From assembly GCA_964435875.1 (NCBI GenBank), contig CAYTAV010000001.1:2318-66317 (forward strand): 64,000 bases of DNA, written 5' to 3'. Origin of the DNA: an uncultured Gammaproteobacteria bacterium (GTDB lineage: Bacteria; Patescibacteriota; Patescibacteriia; Patescibacteriales; CAYTAV01). Below, piece after piece: positions 20,001-27,270 of this stretch (position 1 is its first letter; each line of letters begins with the position of its first letter). Position numbers and translations under genes: made by a program. Under the pieces are notes generated by a model, which saw only the letters and a program-made list of their open reading frames with translations, was not told the DNA's origin and ran no database searches.

Positions 20001-20447
20001 ATCACAGTCGGCTATAAGTATATGATGAAACTCAACCATATGGTCGAGGATAAGGTGCATCAGCGCTCGATAGGCCCTTATTCGCTCATCACCCAGCAAC
20101 CGCTCGGAGGAAAGGCGCAGTTCGGCGGGCAGCGCTTCGGAGAGATGGAAGTCTGGGCGCTGGAAGGCTACGGAGCATCCCATACCTTGCAGGAGATACT
20201 GACCATAAAATCGGACGATGTACCCGGCAGGAGCAAAGCGTATGAATCCATTATCAAGGGCGAAACTATCAGGAAATTGAACGTCCCGGAATCTTTCAAT
20301 GTTCTGATCCGGGAGCTGAAGGGCCTCTGTTTTGATGTCGAATTGCTCGACGAGGAACTCAAGAAGGTCGAGATCGGCAACGTTGAAGAAGGGAACGGCG
20401 AAAGGAAAAGGAGCGACCAGCATCCGGCGGACAAGGAAGAGGGATAA
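17016..20447 (+). CDS. rpoB: DNA-directed RNA polymerase subunit beta
   Basis: Full-length RpoB with all conserved blocks (P.L.EIQ..SY..F, GTFI.NG.ERVVVSQL, NMQRQAVPL, GRHGNKGV, GGQRFGEMEVWALE). Possible starts are ATG 16998, 17016 or 17022. GAGG lies 9 nt upstream of 17016. Confidence 0.95.
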   Translation: MHMEAKKRKYFTSLYKDAPEPNLIEIQKDSYDWFLKEGLADLFDEISPVTDFIGRDLQLYFDEFYLDEPKFNEAESKAKNITYEAPLRVKTRLVNQRTETETAQEVFLGDLPIMTKNGTFIVNGIERVVVSQLIRSAGVIFSSEFIKGKKFYGAKIIPNRGAWLEFETDVNKVIWVRIDRKRKVAATSLLRAFGFGTDDEIWQVLRDLKDASGERDEYIKATIGKDAATNEAEGLKEVYKRIRPGDLATTDNARQLIFSMFFRFDRYDFGRVGRYKLNKRFAFDIPNNKETRVLRKEDVVAIIKEIIDLNVSQRKEDDIDHLGNRRVRAIGELLQNKFRVGLARMERIIRDRMSTIEINAITPNKLINARPVIGVVREFFMSSQLSQFMDQTNPLSELEHKRRLSAMGPGGLTRERAGFDVRDVHTTHYGRICPIATPEGPNIGLVGHLASYARLNSFGFLEAPFRRVLHDVPNEPEFTKGKIAREDIREITKSGEPGKVLIKAGEMINDKKAEELHAKQGHIAIPIVPLVTDEIVLLDAFEEEKYIVTAATTPIDENGKFLVERAEVRKYGQPATEDIENIDFMGVAANQIVSVATSLIPFMEHNDGQRALMGTNMQRQAVPLINAESPIVGTGIEGLAARDSGHIIIADEDGEISKVDSSTVAIKNKAGKQKAYKLTKFLRSNASTCINQRPVVSKGDRVGKGDVITDSSAIDRGELALGKNALVAFMTWEGFNYEDAIIISERLVKDDTFTSIYIEDFMIDVRDTKLGPEVITNDIPNIGEEKLKNLDEGGIVRIGAKVSSGDILVGKITPKGETELSAEEKLLRAIFGEKAKDVRDSSLYLEHGEHGKVIDVKIFSREEGDKLSAGIIKTVQVTVANLRKIQVGDKMAGRHGNKGVISKIVPVEDMPYLKDGTPIDIILSPLGIISRMNLGQLLETHMGFAAKKLGYKVATPALNGISEQTVVSELERAGLNPDGKVTLYDGKTGEPYDNPITVGYKYMMKLNHMVEDKVHQRSIGPYSLITQQPLGGKAQFGGQRFGEMEVWALEGYGASHTLQEILTIKSDDVPGRSKAYESIIKGETIRKLNVPESFNVLIRELKGLCFDVELLDEELKKVEIGNVEEGNGERKRSDQHPADKEEG

Positions 20448-20520
20448 AAACGGCTCTGCCGCATATCGGCCGTCGACCAGACGGGAAAAATCAACAGTTG
20501 ATTACATAATTTTGATAAAT

Positions 20521-23500
20521 ATGCTCAATCCTATTAAAACTACCGATTTCGAGGCGATCAAGCTGAAGCTCGCTTCTCCGGATGAGATGCTCTCCTGGTC
20601 TCACGGCGAAGTCACCCGTCCAGAAACCATCAATTACCGGACGCAGAAGCCCGAGAAGGACGGCTTGTTTTGCGAACGCATCTTCGGCCCTTCCAAGGAC
20701 TGGGAATGCTATTGCGGGAAATATAAAAAGATCCGCTACAAGGGCATCGTTTGCGACAAGTGCGGAGTCGAGGTAACACGCAGTATCGTGCGCCGCGAAC
20801 GCATGGGCCATATCAAGCTGCAAGCGCCGGTGACCCACATATGGTTCTTAAGGGGCCTCTCCTCAAAATTCGGCTTGATCCTCGATCTTTCGATGCAGGC
20901 GATCGAAAAGGTTGTATATTTCGCCAGCTTCATCGTCACGGATGTCAACGAAGATCTTAAGCAGGACACCATAGAACAGATCAAGCAAGAGTTCAAATCA
21001 AAGAAGAAACAGATCGAATCGGATTATGCGAAGCAGACGAACGAGATAAAGAGCCGTAAAGGCAGATTAAAGGACAAAGGCTCGACCGAGGCGCAAGCCG
21101 AAGAGACCATCAGCCGCGAGATCGAGTCGCTTGATAAGGCCAAGGAAGAGAAGCTCTCGGACCTCAATCAGGCCTTCGACCGGGCGATGCGGGAGCTTAA
21201 AGAGCTTAAACCGATGCTGATCATTTCGGAAAGCGCCTACCAGGATTTGAGCCTCAAATACGGCCATCTTTTCGAAGCCGGCATCGGCGCCGAAGCGATC
21301 CGGAACCTGCTCGAGCGTATTAATATGGACGAGATGATCGCCAGCCTGGAATCCGAGCTCGAGACGGCCGTCGATTCGAAGAAAGACAAGCTTATAAAAC
21401 GGCTCAAACTTTTTAAAAGCCTTAATACCAATAATATCCGTCCGGAATGGATGGTCCTGACAGTCATCCCGGTGATTCCTCCCGACCTTCGGCCGATGGT
21501 AGCGCTTGACGGGGGACGCTTCGCGACTTCGGACCTAAACGATCTTTATCGCAGGGTGATAAATCGCAATAACCGTTTGAAGCAGCTGATCGAGCTCAAT
21601 GCACCGGAAGTGATCTGCCGGAACGAGAAGCGCATGCTCCAGGAAGCCGTTGACGCCCTGATCGACAATTCAGCGCGGCACAGCAAATCAGTAACGGCTT
21701 CAACCGGCCAGAAGAGGATGCTGAAATCGCTTGCTGATTCGCTCAAAGGCAAGCAGGGGCGCTTCCGGCAGAACCTCCTGGGCAAGCGCGTCGATTATTC
21801 AGGGCGCAGTGTCATCGTGATCAATCCGAAGTTGAAGCTTTACGAATGCGGCCTGCCGAAAGTAATGGCGCTGGAGCTCTTCAAGCCTTTCGTCATCAGC
21901 GAGCTGATCAAGCGCGGACACGTCCATAATGTGCGCAGCGCTTCGCGCTTCATCGAAGCCGGACATAACGAGGTGTGGGATATTCTTGAAGAGAGCACGA
22001 AGAAGTCGTACGTCCTTCTTAACCGCGCGCCGACGCTTCATCGGCTCGGCATCCAGGCGTTCAAGCCGATCCTGATCGAAGGCAAAGCTATCCAGATCCA
22101 TCCGCTAGTCTGTACGGCTTTTAATGCCGATTTCGACGGCGACCAGATGGCCGTGCACGTGCCGCTGACCGAAGAAGCGATCGCCGAAGCCCGAGACGTC
22201 ATGTTATCCTCGCATAATCTGCTAAAGCCTGCGACAGGAGATCCGATCGTCGCTCCGAACCAGGATATCGTCTGGGGAGCCTTTTATGTCACGTTCGAAC
22301 GCGACGCGGACCGGGATGATAAAGATTTGAAGCATTTTTCGTCTCCAGAAGATGCTAAATACGCATATAATTCCGGCAATCTGCACCTGCAGGATCCGGT
22401 CATGGTGCTTATGCCGGAGCAAGGCATCATCCGCACGACTGTCGGCCGCATAATTTTCAACGACATTCTTCCCCCCAAGCTGCGATACGTCAATAAAGGG
22501 CTGGATAAAAGCGCTCTTAAGCAGCTTGTGAAGAAATGCCTGCTTCATTACTCGAAGGAAGAGACTGTCGCGTTCCTTGATGACCTGAAGTCCAGAAGCT
22601 TTGAGTTCATAACTAAGAGCGGCTTGTCCTGGGGAATGAACGACCTGCCAGTGCTTCCCGAGAAGGACCGCCTGATCGAAGAGGCGAGCCTCAAGGTTGA
22701 CGAGATCCAGGAGCAGTATGAGGACGGCCTCTTAACCGATAGCGAGCGCTACAGCAAGATCATCGAGCTCTGGACCGGCGTTAAAGAGCGCGTGACCGAA
22801 ATATGCCGGAAAAGCCTCGAACTGAACGGGCCGATCTATTCCATGATCGAGTCCGGGGCCAGGGGATCCTGGGCCCAGCTGACGCAGATCCTCGGGATGA
22901 AAGGCCTTGTGACATCGCCTTCCGGCGACATCATCGAGCTCCCGGTTAAAGGTAACTTCAAACAGGGCTTCAAGGTCCTCGAATACTTCATTTCAACCCA
23001 TGGCGTGCGCAAAGGCCTTTCGGATACCGCTCTTCGTACGGCCAATGCCGGATATCTGACGAGGCGCTTGATCGACGTGGCCCAGGACGTAGTCATCATG
23101 AAGGACGATTGCGGAGTCAAGGACGGCCTGCTATTAACGAAGCATGAATCTGAAGAGATGGGCAGTACGCTCCTGCGCCGCATGGTCGGTCGATACCTGG
23201 CAAAAGACCTCTTAGACAAGAAGGGAAAGGTGGTCATGGAGGCTGGCACGCTGATAACCGAGCCGATCGCAGACGAGCTCAAGGACAAGGATTTTACCGA
23301 AGCGTATATGCGCTCCGTGCTGACCTGCAAGCTCACCCGCGGGGTCTGTGAAAAGTGCTACGGGTATGACCTGGGGCATAACAAACCGGTCGAGATCGGT
23401 ACGGCCGTCGGCATCATCGCCGCGCAATCGATCGGCGAACCGGGCACACAGCTGACAATGCGCACGTTCCACACGGGAGGCGTTGCAGGGCAGGAAGATA

Positions 23501-24474
23501 TTACGCAAGGCCTTCCCAGGGTCGAAGAAATCTTCGAAGCGCGACCGCCGAAACGCAAAGCCTTCATGGCAGACGTCAGCGGCGCGATCAGCATCGAGAC
23601 GGCCCAGCGGACAATCGTCGACGAGCGCGGCAAGCTGACTGTGACTAATCCGCAGGCGAAGATACTCAAGATCAAATACGAAGGCGTCGATACCGACCGC
23701 TATTATTTCAGCGAAGCGACGCAGGCCGCGGGAAAGGACAAGAAGGGGAGCGCCGAAAAGAAAATTAAGATGCTCGTTAAGGACGGCGACGAGGTCAAAG
23801 CCGGACAGGAGCTGTTTTCTTCGGGCGCCGCTTCGATTGCCGCGAAAAGGGCGGGCAAGGTGGCAGTCGAGAAAAAATTCGTCAAGATCGCCGCACCGGC
23901 CGAACGCGCGAAAGAATTCATAATTCCCAAGGGCTTCAATGTCTGGGTCAAGGACGGCGACCAGGTAGAAAAAGGCGACCAGCTGACGGAGGGCAGCCTC
24001 GATCTGCAGCAGCTTTATTCGCTCAAAGGCATCCATGAGACCCAGAAATACATAATCAAGGAGATCCAATATGTGTATTCTTCCCAGGGCCAGCCCTTGA
24101 ATGACAAGCATATCGAGATTATCGCCCGCCAGATGTTCTCGCGCATCTATGTGCAGGACGCCGGCGATACCGACCTTTTGCCGGGGGAGATCGTTGAGCG
24201 CGCCGCTTTCGAGCGCACGAATGAGGACATGAAGGCCGCTGGCAAAAAGGAAGCGAAAGGCGATATCCTGTTCCTCGGGATAACAAAATCATCCCTGACA
24301 ACGAACAGCTTCCTCTCAGCCGCATCGTTCCAGAATACCGCGAGCGTGCTGATCGAGGCCGCAATAAACGGCAAGATCGACTTCCTCGAAGGGCTCAAGG
24401 AAAACGTGATCATCGGCAGGTTGATCCCGGCGGGTACCGGCTTCAATCCGAATAAAAAATTCAGGTATTATTAA
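20521..24474 (+). CDS. rpoC: DNA-directed RNA polymerase subunit beta'
   Basis: The conserved N-terminus F..IK..LASP..... starts at ATG 20521. Zn finger CYCGKYK...C..CGVEV, catalytic NADFDGDQM and the trigger loop are present. The track ORF start at 20332 overlaps rpoB and was rejected. Confidence 0.95.
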   Translation: MLNPIKTTDFEAIKLKLASPDEMLSWSHGEVTRPETINYRTQKPEKDGLFCERIFGPSKDWECYCGKYKKIRYKGIVCDKCGVEVTRSIVRRERMGHIKLQAPVTHIWFLRGLSSKFGLILDLSMQAIEKVVYFASFIVTDVNEDLKQDTIEQIKQEFKSKKKQIESDYAKQTNEIKSRKGRLKDKGSTEAQAEETISREIESLDKAKEEKLSDLNQAFDRAMRELKELKPMLIISESAYQDLSLKYGHLFEAGIGAEAIRNLLERINMDEMIASLESELETAVDSKKDKLIKRLKLFKSLNTNNIRPEWMVLTVIPVIPPDLRPMVALDGGRFATSDLNDLYRRVINRNNRLKQLIELNAPEVICRNEKRMLQEAVDALIDNSARHSKSVTASTGQKRMLKSLADSLKGKQGRFRQNLLGKRVDYSGRSVIVINPKLKLYECGLPKVMALELFKPFVISELIKRGHVHNVRSASRFIEAGHNEVWDILEESTKKSYVLLNRAPTLHRLGIQAFKPILIEGKAIQIHPLVCTAFNADFDGDQMAVHVPLTEEAIAEARDVMLSSHNLLKPATGDPIVAPNQDIVWGAFYVTFERDADRDDKDLKHFSSPEDAKYAYNSGNLHLQDPVMVLMPEQGIIRTTVGRIIFNDILPPKLRYVNKGLDKSALKQLVKKCLLHYSKEETVAFLDDLKSRSFEFITKSGLSWGMNDLPVLPEKDRLIEEASLKVDEIQEQYEDGLLTDSERYSKIIELWTGVKERVTEICRKSLELNGPIYSMIESGARGSWAQLTQILGMKGLVTSPSGDIIELPVKGNFKQGFKVLEYFISTHGVRKGLSDTALRTANAGYLTRRLIDVAQDVVIMKDDCGVKDGLLLTKHESEEMGSTLLRRMVGRYLAKDLLDKKGKVVMEAGTLITEPIADELKDKDFTEAYMRSVLTCKLTRGVCEKCYGYDLGHNKPVEIGTAVGIIAAQSIGEPGTQLTMRTFHTGGVAGQEDITQGLPRVEEIFEARPPKRKAFMADVSGAISIETAQRTIVDERGKLTVTNPQAKILKIKYEGVDTDRYYFSEATQAAGKDKKGSAEKKIKMLVKDGDEVKAGQELFSSGAASIAAKRAGKVAVEKKFVKIAAPAERAKEFIIPKGFNVWVKDGDQVEKGDQLTEGSLDLQQLYSLKGIHETQKYIIKEIQYVYSSQGQPLNDKHIEIIARQMFSRIYVQDAGDTDLLPGEIVERAAFERTNEDMKAAGKKEAKGDILFLGITKSSLTTNSFLSAASFQNTASVLIEAAINGKIDFLEGLKENVIIGRLIPAGTGFNPNKKFRYY

Positions 24475-24511
24475 ATCTGTATTCAGCATCAATCAAATCA
24501 AATACGGGAAA

Positions 24512-24547
24512 CAACAAAGAACCAGCGTAATCGCTGGTTCTTTGTTG
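24512..24547. terminator. Bidirectional terminator between convergent rpoC and porB
   Basis: A perfect 16-bp stem CAACAAAGAACCAGCG / CGCTGGTTCTTTGTTG with a 4-nt loop. Confidence 0.75.
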
Positions 24548-24559
24548 GAATAGTATCGC

Positions 24560-25531
24560 TTATCTCAAACCGTATTTCTTGATATTCTCGTCGGCGATCG
24601 CCTGCAGGAATCCGATCTGCTTCCGGCCGGCATCAGTTTTGAACAGATGCGAGAAGCGCCCCTGGGCTTTCAAATACTCGTCTACCGGCGGGGCCGGATC
24701 CGGCACCTTCATGACTTCAGTTAGCTGACCATCGACATATTCAATGACCGGATAAAGTCCGGTCTGGGCCGCGAGCCTGCCGATCCTGACCGTTTCCGCG
24801 GGTTCGATCTTCCACCCGGGTATGCAGGGAACAGCGATTTGCAGATAGCTCGGGCCTTCGGTTTCAAGGGCTTTTTTAACCTTTTTCGCTATGTCGGGAA
24901 GGAAGCCGGCCGTTGTCTGGGCCGCGTATCTAAGGCCGTGCGCCAGTGCGATTGCGACCATATCCTTTTTCCGCTGGTGCGAGCCGATCGCATCTAGCGT
25001 GTTTCCGCTTCCCGCCGGGGTGGTTGTCGTATTGGCGGCCCAGGGCGTCGCACCGGATGCCTGGACGCCGGTGTTAGCATATGCCTCGTTGTCGTAGCAG
25101 ATGTATAAGATGTTTTCTCCCCGCTCCCACATGCCGCTGATCAAGCCGAATCCGATGTCGAAAGTGCCTCCATCACCGCCCTGCGCGACCACTTTAGGCA
25201 GGGCATCCTGGCTTTTCGTTTTTAGATTCCGGAATTGGTGCTTGTAGCGTAGGGCCGCCGATATGCCGGATGCGACGGCTGAGGCGTTTTCAAACAAGGA
25301 ATGGATCCAGGGCATGCCCCAGGCGGATTCAGGGAAGGGGGTCGTCGTTACCTCGAGGCATCCGGTGGCGTTAGCTATAATTACGTCCGGGCCGAGCGCT
25401 TCGGCCACGACGCGCGCGGCGATCAGCTGGCTGCAGCCGGCGCAAGCCCGATGTCCGGGCGCCAAAGGGAGATATTTATTCCCAGCCTTTGCAACCCCAT
25501 TTTTTTTAGCTATCGTTGTTTTTAATGCCAT
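24560..25531 (-). CDS. porB: 2-oxoacid (pyruvate):ferredoxin oxidoreductase, beta (TPP-binding) subunit
   Basis: GHRACAGC near the N-terminus, TPP motif GGDGGTFDIGF...YDNEAYANTG, PC..GW, and a C-terminal QGRFSHL block. The likely start is Met27 of the track ORF (MALKTT...). Confidence 0.85.
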   Translation of the reverse strand: MALKTTIAKKNGVAKAGNKYLPLAPGHRACAGCSQLIAARVVAEALGPDVIIANATGCLEVTTTPFPESAWGMPWIHSLFENASAVASGISAALRYKHQFRNLKTKSQDALPKVVAQGGDGGTFDIGFGLISGMWERGENILYICYDNEAYANTGVQASGATPWAANTTTTPAGSGNTLDAIGSHQRKKDMVAIALAHGLRYAAQTTAGFLPDIAKKVKKALETEGPSYLQIAVPCIPGWKIEPAETVRIGRLAAQTGLYPVIEYVDGQLTEVMKVPDPAPPVDEYLKAQGRFSHLFKTDAGRKQIGFLQAIADENIKKYGLR

Positions 25532-25601
25532 ATCCGAAATGAATAAAGAATAAAGAACCATTATAAAAGGAAATAACATATCGAGCCGGCTAGACCTGGA
25601 T

Positions 25602-25814
25602 TCAAGCACTAGGTGCAGTCGACGGATTTACACTGCTCATTTTCTTTAATTTATCGAACTGTCCCATGAATTTCGAAGCTTCCAGCATCTCAATCATAAC
25701 AGGTTTTCCGGTTCCGGAAAAGTGGATGATGAATTGCCCGAATTCGCGGGCATGGCTGATCGGCCCGCTTCCGAGCTCCCAGGAGAGTATGTTGGCATCT
25801 GGATCGTAGAGCAT
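25602..25814 (-). CDS. DUF2283-family small protein (antitoxin-like)
   Basis: MLYDPDANIL.W.L......S.E.....I......G.PV.IE.LEAS is the classic DUF2283 pattern. Confidence 0.6.
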   Translation of the reverse strand: MLYDPDANILSWELGSGPISHAREFGQFIIHFSGTGKPVMIEMLEASKFMGQFDKLKKMSSVNPSTAPSA

Positions 25815-25847
25815 GGGGGTGGAAAATAGAATATAATGTAGCAAGTA

Positions 25848-26237
25848 TTATGTAGAATGCTTGTCCTTAACGCTTTTGATTAGTCCATTTATTAGCTTAT
25901 GGGTGATTATAGTATTATCTGCAATTTTATTGAAGACTTCTTTGTCGATGTATCCAAGGTCACGAGATAATAGGAGTTGATTCTGCAATTCTGTCGTAGA
26001 ACCAAGTGCGATCGAATAAAATTGAATTTTCTCTCGAGAAGATCTTCGGCTGAATCCTTCCGAAATATTTGAAGATATTGAAACCACCGCCCGTCTTAAT
26101 TGACTTACTAAACCGTATAATTCATCTTTTGGATATTTCCTTGTAAGGCAGTAAATATCGAGGGCAAGTTTATGCGCCGTTTTCCAGGCATTCAAATCAG
26201 TAAAGCTGTTAATCTTATTATTATGAGCATTATACAT
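25848..26237 (-). CDS. Four-helix-bundle protein (23S rRNA intervening-sequence / Avd-like family)
   Basis: F.DL..W..AH.L...IY..T..YPK.E.YGL.SQLRRA..SI..NI.EGF.R.S..E...FY.IA.GS..EL..QL matches the IVS/S23p four-helix family very well. Confidence 0.85.
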   Translation of the reverse strand: MYNAHNNKINSFTDLNAWKTAHKLALDIYCLTRKYPKDELYGLVSQLRRAVVSISSNISEGFSRRSSREKIQFYSIALGSTTELQNQLLLSRDLGYIDKEVFNKIADNTIITHKLINGLIKSVKDKHST

Positions 26238-26259
26238 ACTACATGATTCATTATACTTT

Positions 26260-26478
26260 CTACATGTTCACCGGATAAAACGTTATCACCCGTTTGCCGC
26301 CCCCTTCTTTCCGATAGATGACGCCGATTCCTTCCTTGTAAGCGCAGAAAAGCCTGCCACGCCGGCCGGTCTTTTCCGGACTGGCGACAGCGTCAATAAC
26401 AGCCTCGCGCGTTATAAAGACCTTGTGCTTGTTCAAAATCTCGAATTTTTGCTCCGCGTAGGAGGAGAAGGAGATCAT
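26260..26478 (-). CDS. DUF4258-like small protein (toxin-like)
   Basis: The 72-aa product has S.YAE.KF..... I.RE.V..........GR....Y........VIY....G..RVITFYP, resembling DUF4258 members that usually pair with DUF2283. Confidence 0.4.
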   Translation of the reverse strand: MISFSSYAEQKFEILNKHKVFITREAVIDAVASPEKTGRRGRLFCAYKEGIGVIYRKEGGGKRVITFYPVNM

Positions 26479-26612
26479 ATTATTTATAAGTATATATATT
26501 AAAATAAAGACAGATAAAAAGCAATTAGTGCTACAAAATAAAAAACAACTGTTAATACAGCCGCCGTTTTATGGCCACGAAAAATTTGTGAAATAAATAA
26601 TGAAAAAATTGT

Positions 26613-27266
26613 TCAAGATTTATTTTTTATTTTCCTAAAAAGAATTAATAAAGTAACGATAAATGTTATACCTATAAATAAATATAGATATTTAGGGAAG
26701 GTACTATTTTGTTTATTAATATTATACAAGACTACGGTACCATTATTAATGATTTTTTCTCCATTTGCTTTTAATGTTTGAAGTGTTTCATCGCTGTATT
26801 GCACATCCTTTCGTACACAATCAGGCATGCAAGTTGTTACGTCTTCTCCCCTTTCGTATTCACAAATACTATTTCTATTGCATTTAACATATTTTGATAA
26901 ATCGATCCTTAGCATTTCCTTTTTATTTGCATTGTCAATAATTTTGCAATAACTTGACAAACTTAGATATGGAAGTTCGATTTTGTTTAGTCCCTCTACA
27001 GGATTAAAACCAATAGAGACTATCACAGTACCATCTTTTTCATAAAAAATAATATTAAATTTTCCTTTCGTATCAATAAGTTTTTGGAATAATTCAGGAT
27101 AAATCTCCCCATCTTTTAAAAGCGACTCATTTTTATTTTTAAGTTCGAATTTATTTATACTTGAATTGTAGAATATTTGTAAAGAGAAAATATCAGCATA
27201 TACTGAATGTGGTAAAACGGTATATAGAAAAATAATAAATAATGTAAAATAAAATATTTTCTTCAT
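26613..27266 (-). CDS. Secreted or membrane-anchored partner protein C2 (hypothetical)
   Basis: Signal-peptide-like MKKIFYFTLFIIFLYTVLPHSVYA, 5 Cys in a C..C...C....C..C cluster, and a C-terminal TM anchor with a basic tail. The start is uncertain: the track gives 27299, which overlaps the upstream gene. Confidence 0.5.
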   Translation of the reverse strand: MKKIFYFTLFIIFLYTVLPHSVYADIFSLQIFYNSSINKFELKNKNESLLKDGEIYPELFQKLIDTKGKFNIIFYEKDGTVIVSIGFNPVEGLNKIELPYLSLSSYCKIIDNANKKEMLRIDLSKYVKCNRNSICEYERGEDVTTCMPDCVRKDVQYSDETLQTLKANGEKIINNGTVVLYNINKQNSTFPKYLYLFIGITFIVTLLILFRKIKNKS

Positions 27267-27270
27267 AAGC

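Noticed and set aside
20332-20520. A long upstream extension of the rpoC ORF overlapping the 3' end of rpoB.
   Set aside because: The extension is Arg/Ser/Lys-rich with no similarity to RpoC N-termini. The conserved N-terminus (…F..IK..LASP…) begins at ATG 20521, after the rpoB stop.
23212-24111. Long antisense ORFs: 299 aa opposite rpoC, plus similar ones at 48757-49572 (271 aa) and 54829-55602 (257 aa).
   Set aside because: They lie fully inside strongly supported genes on the other strand and have low-complexity or Arg/Leu-rich translations with no motifs. They are typical shadow ORFs.
25848-26237. The Avd-like four-helix-bundle gene as a marker of a diversity-generating retroelement.
   Set aside because: No reverse-transcriptase ORF is in the window. 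I saw no template/variable repeat pair (about 100+ bp near-identical with A-specific differences) in the flanking genes. This family is also common as a stand-alone gene.
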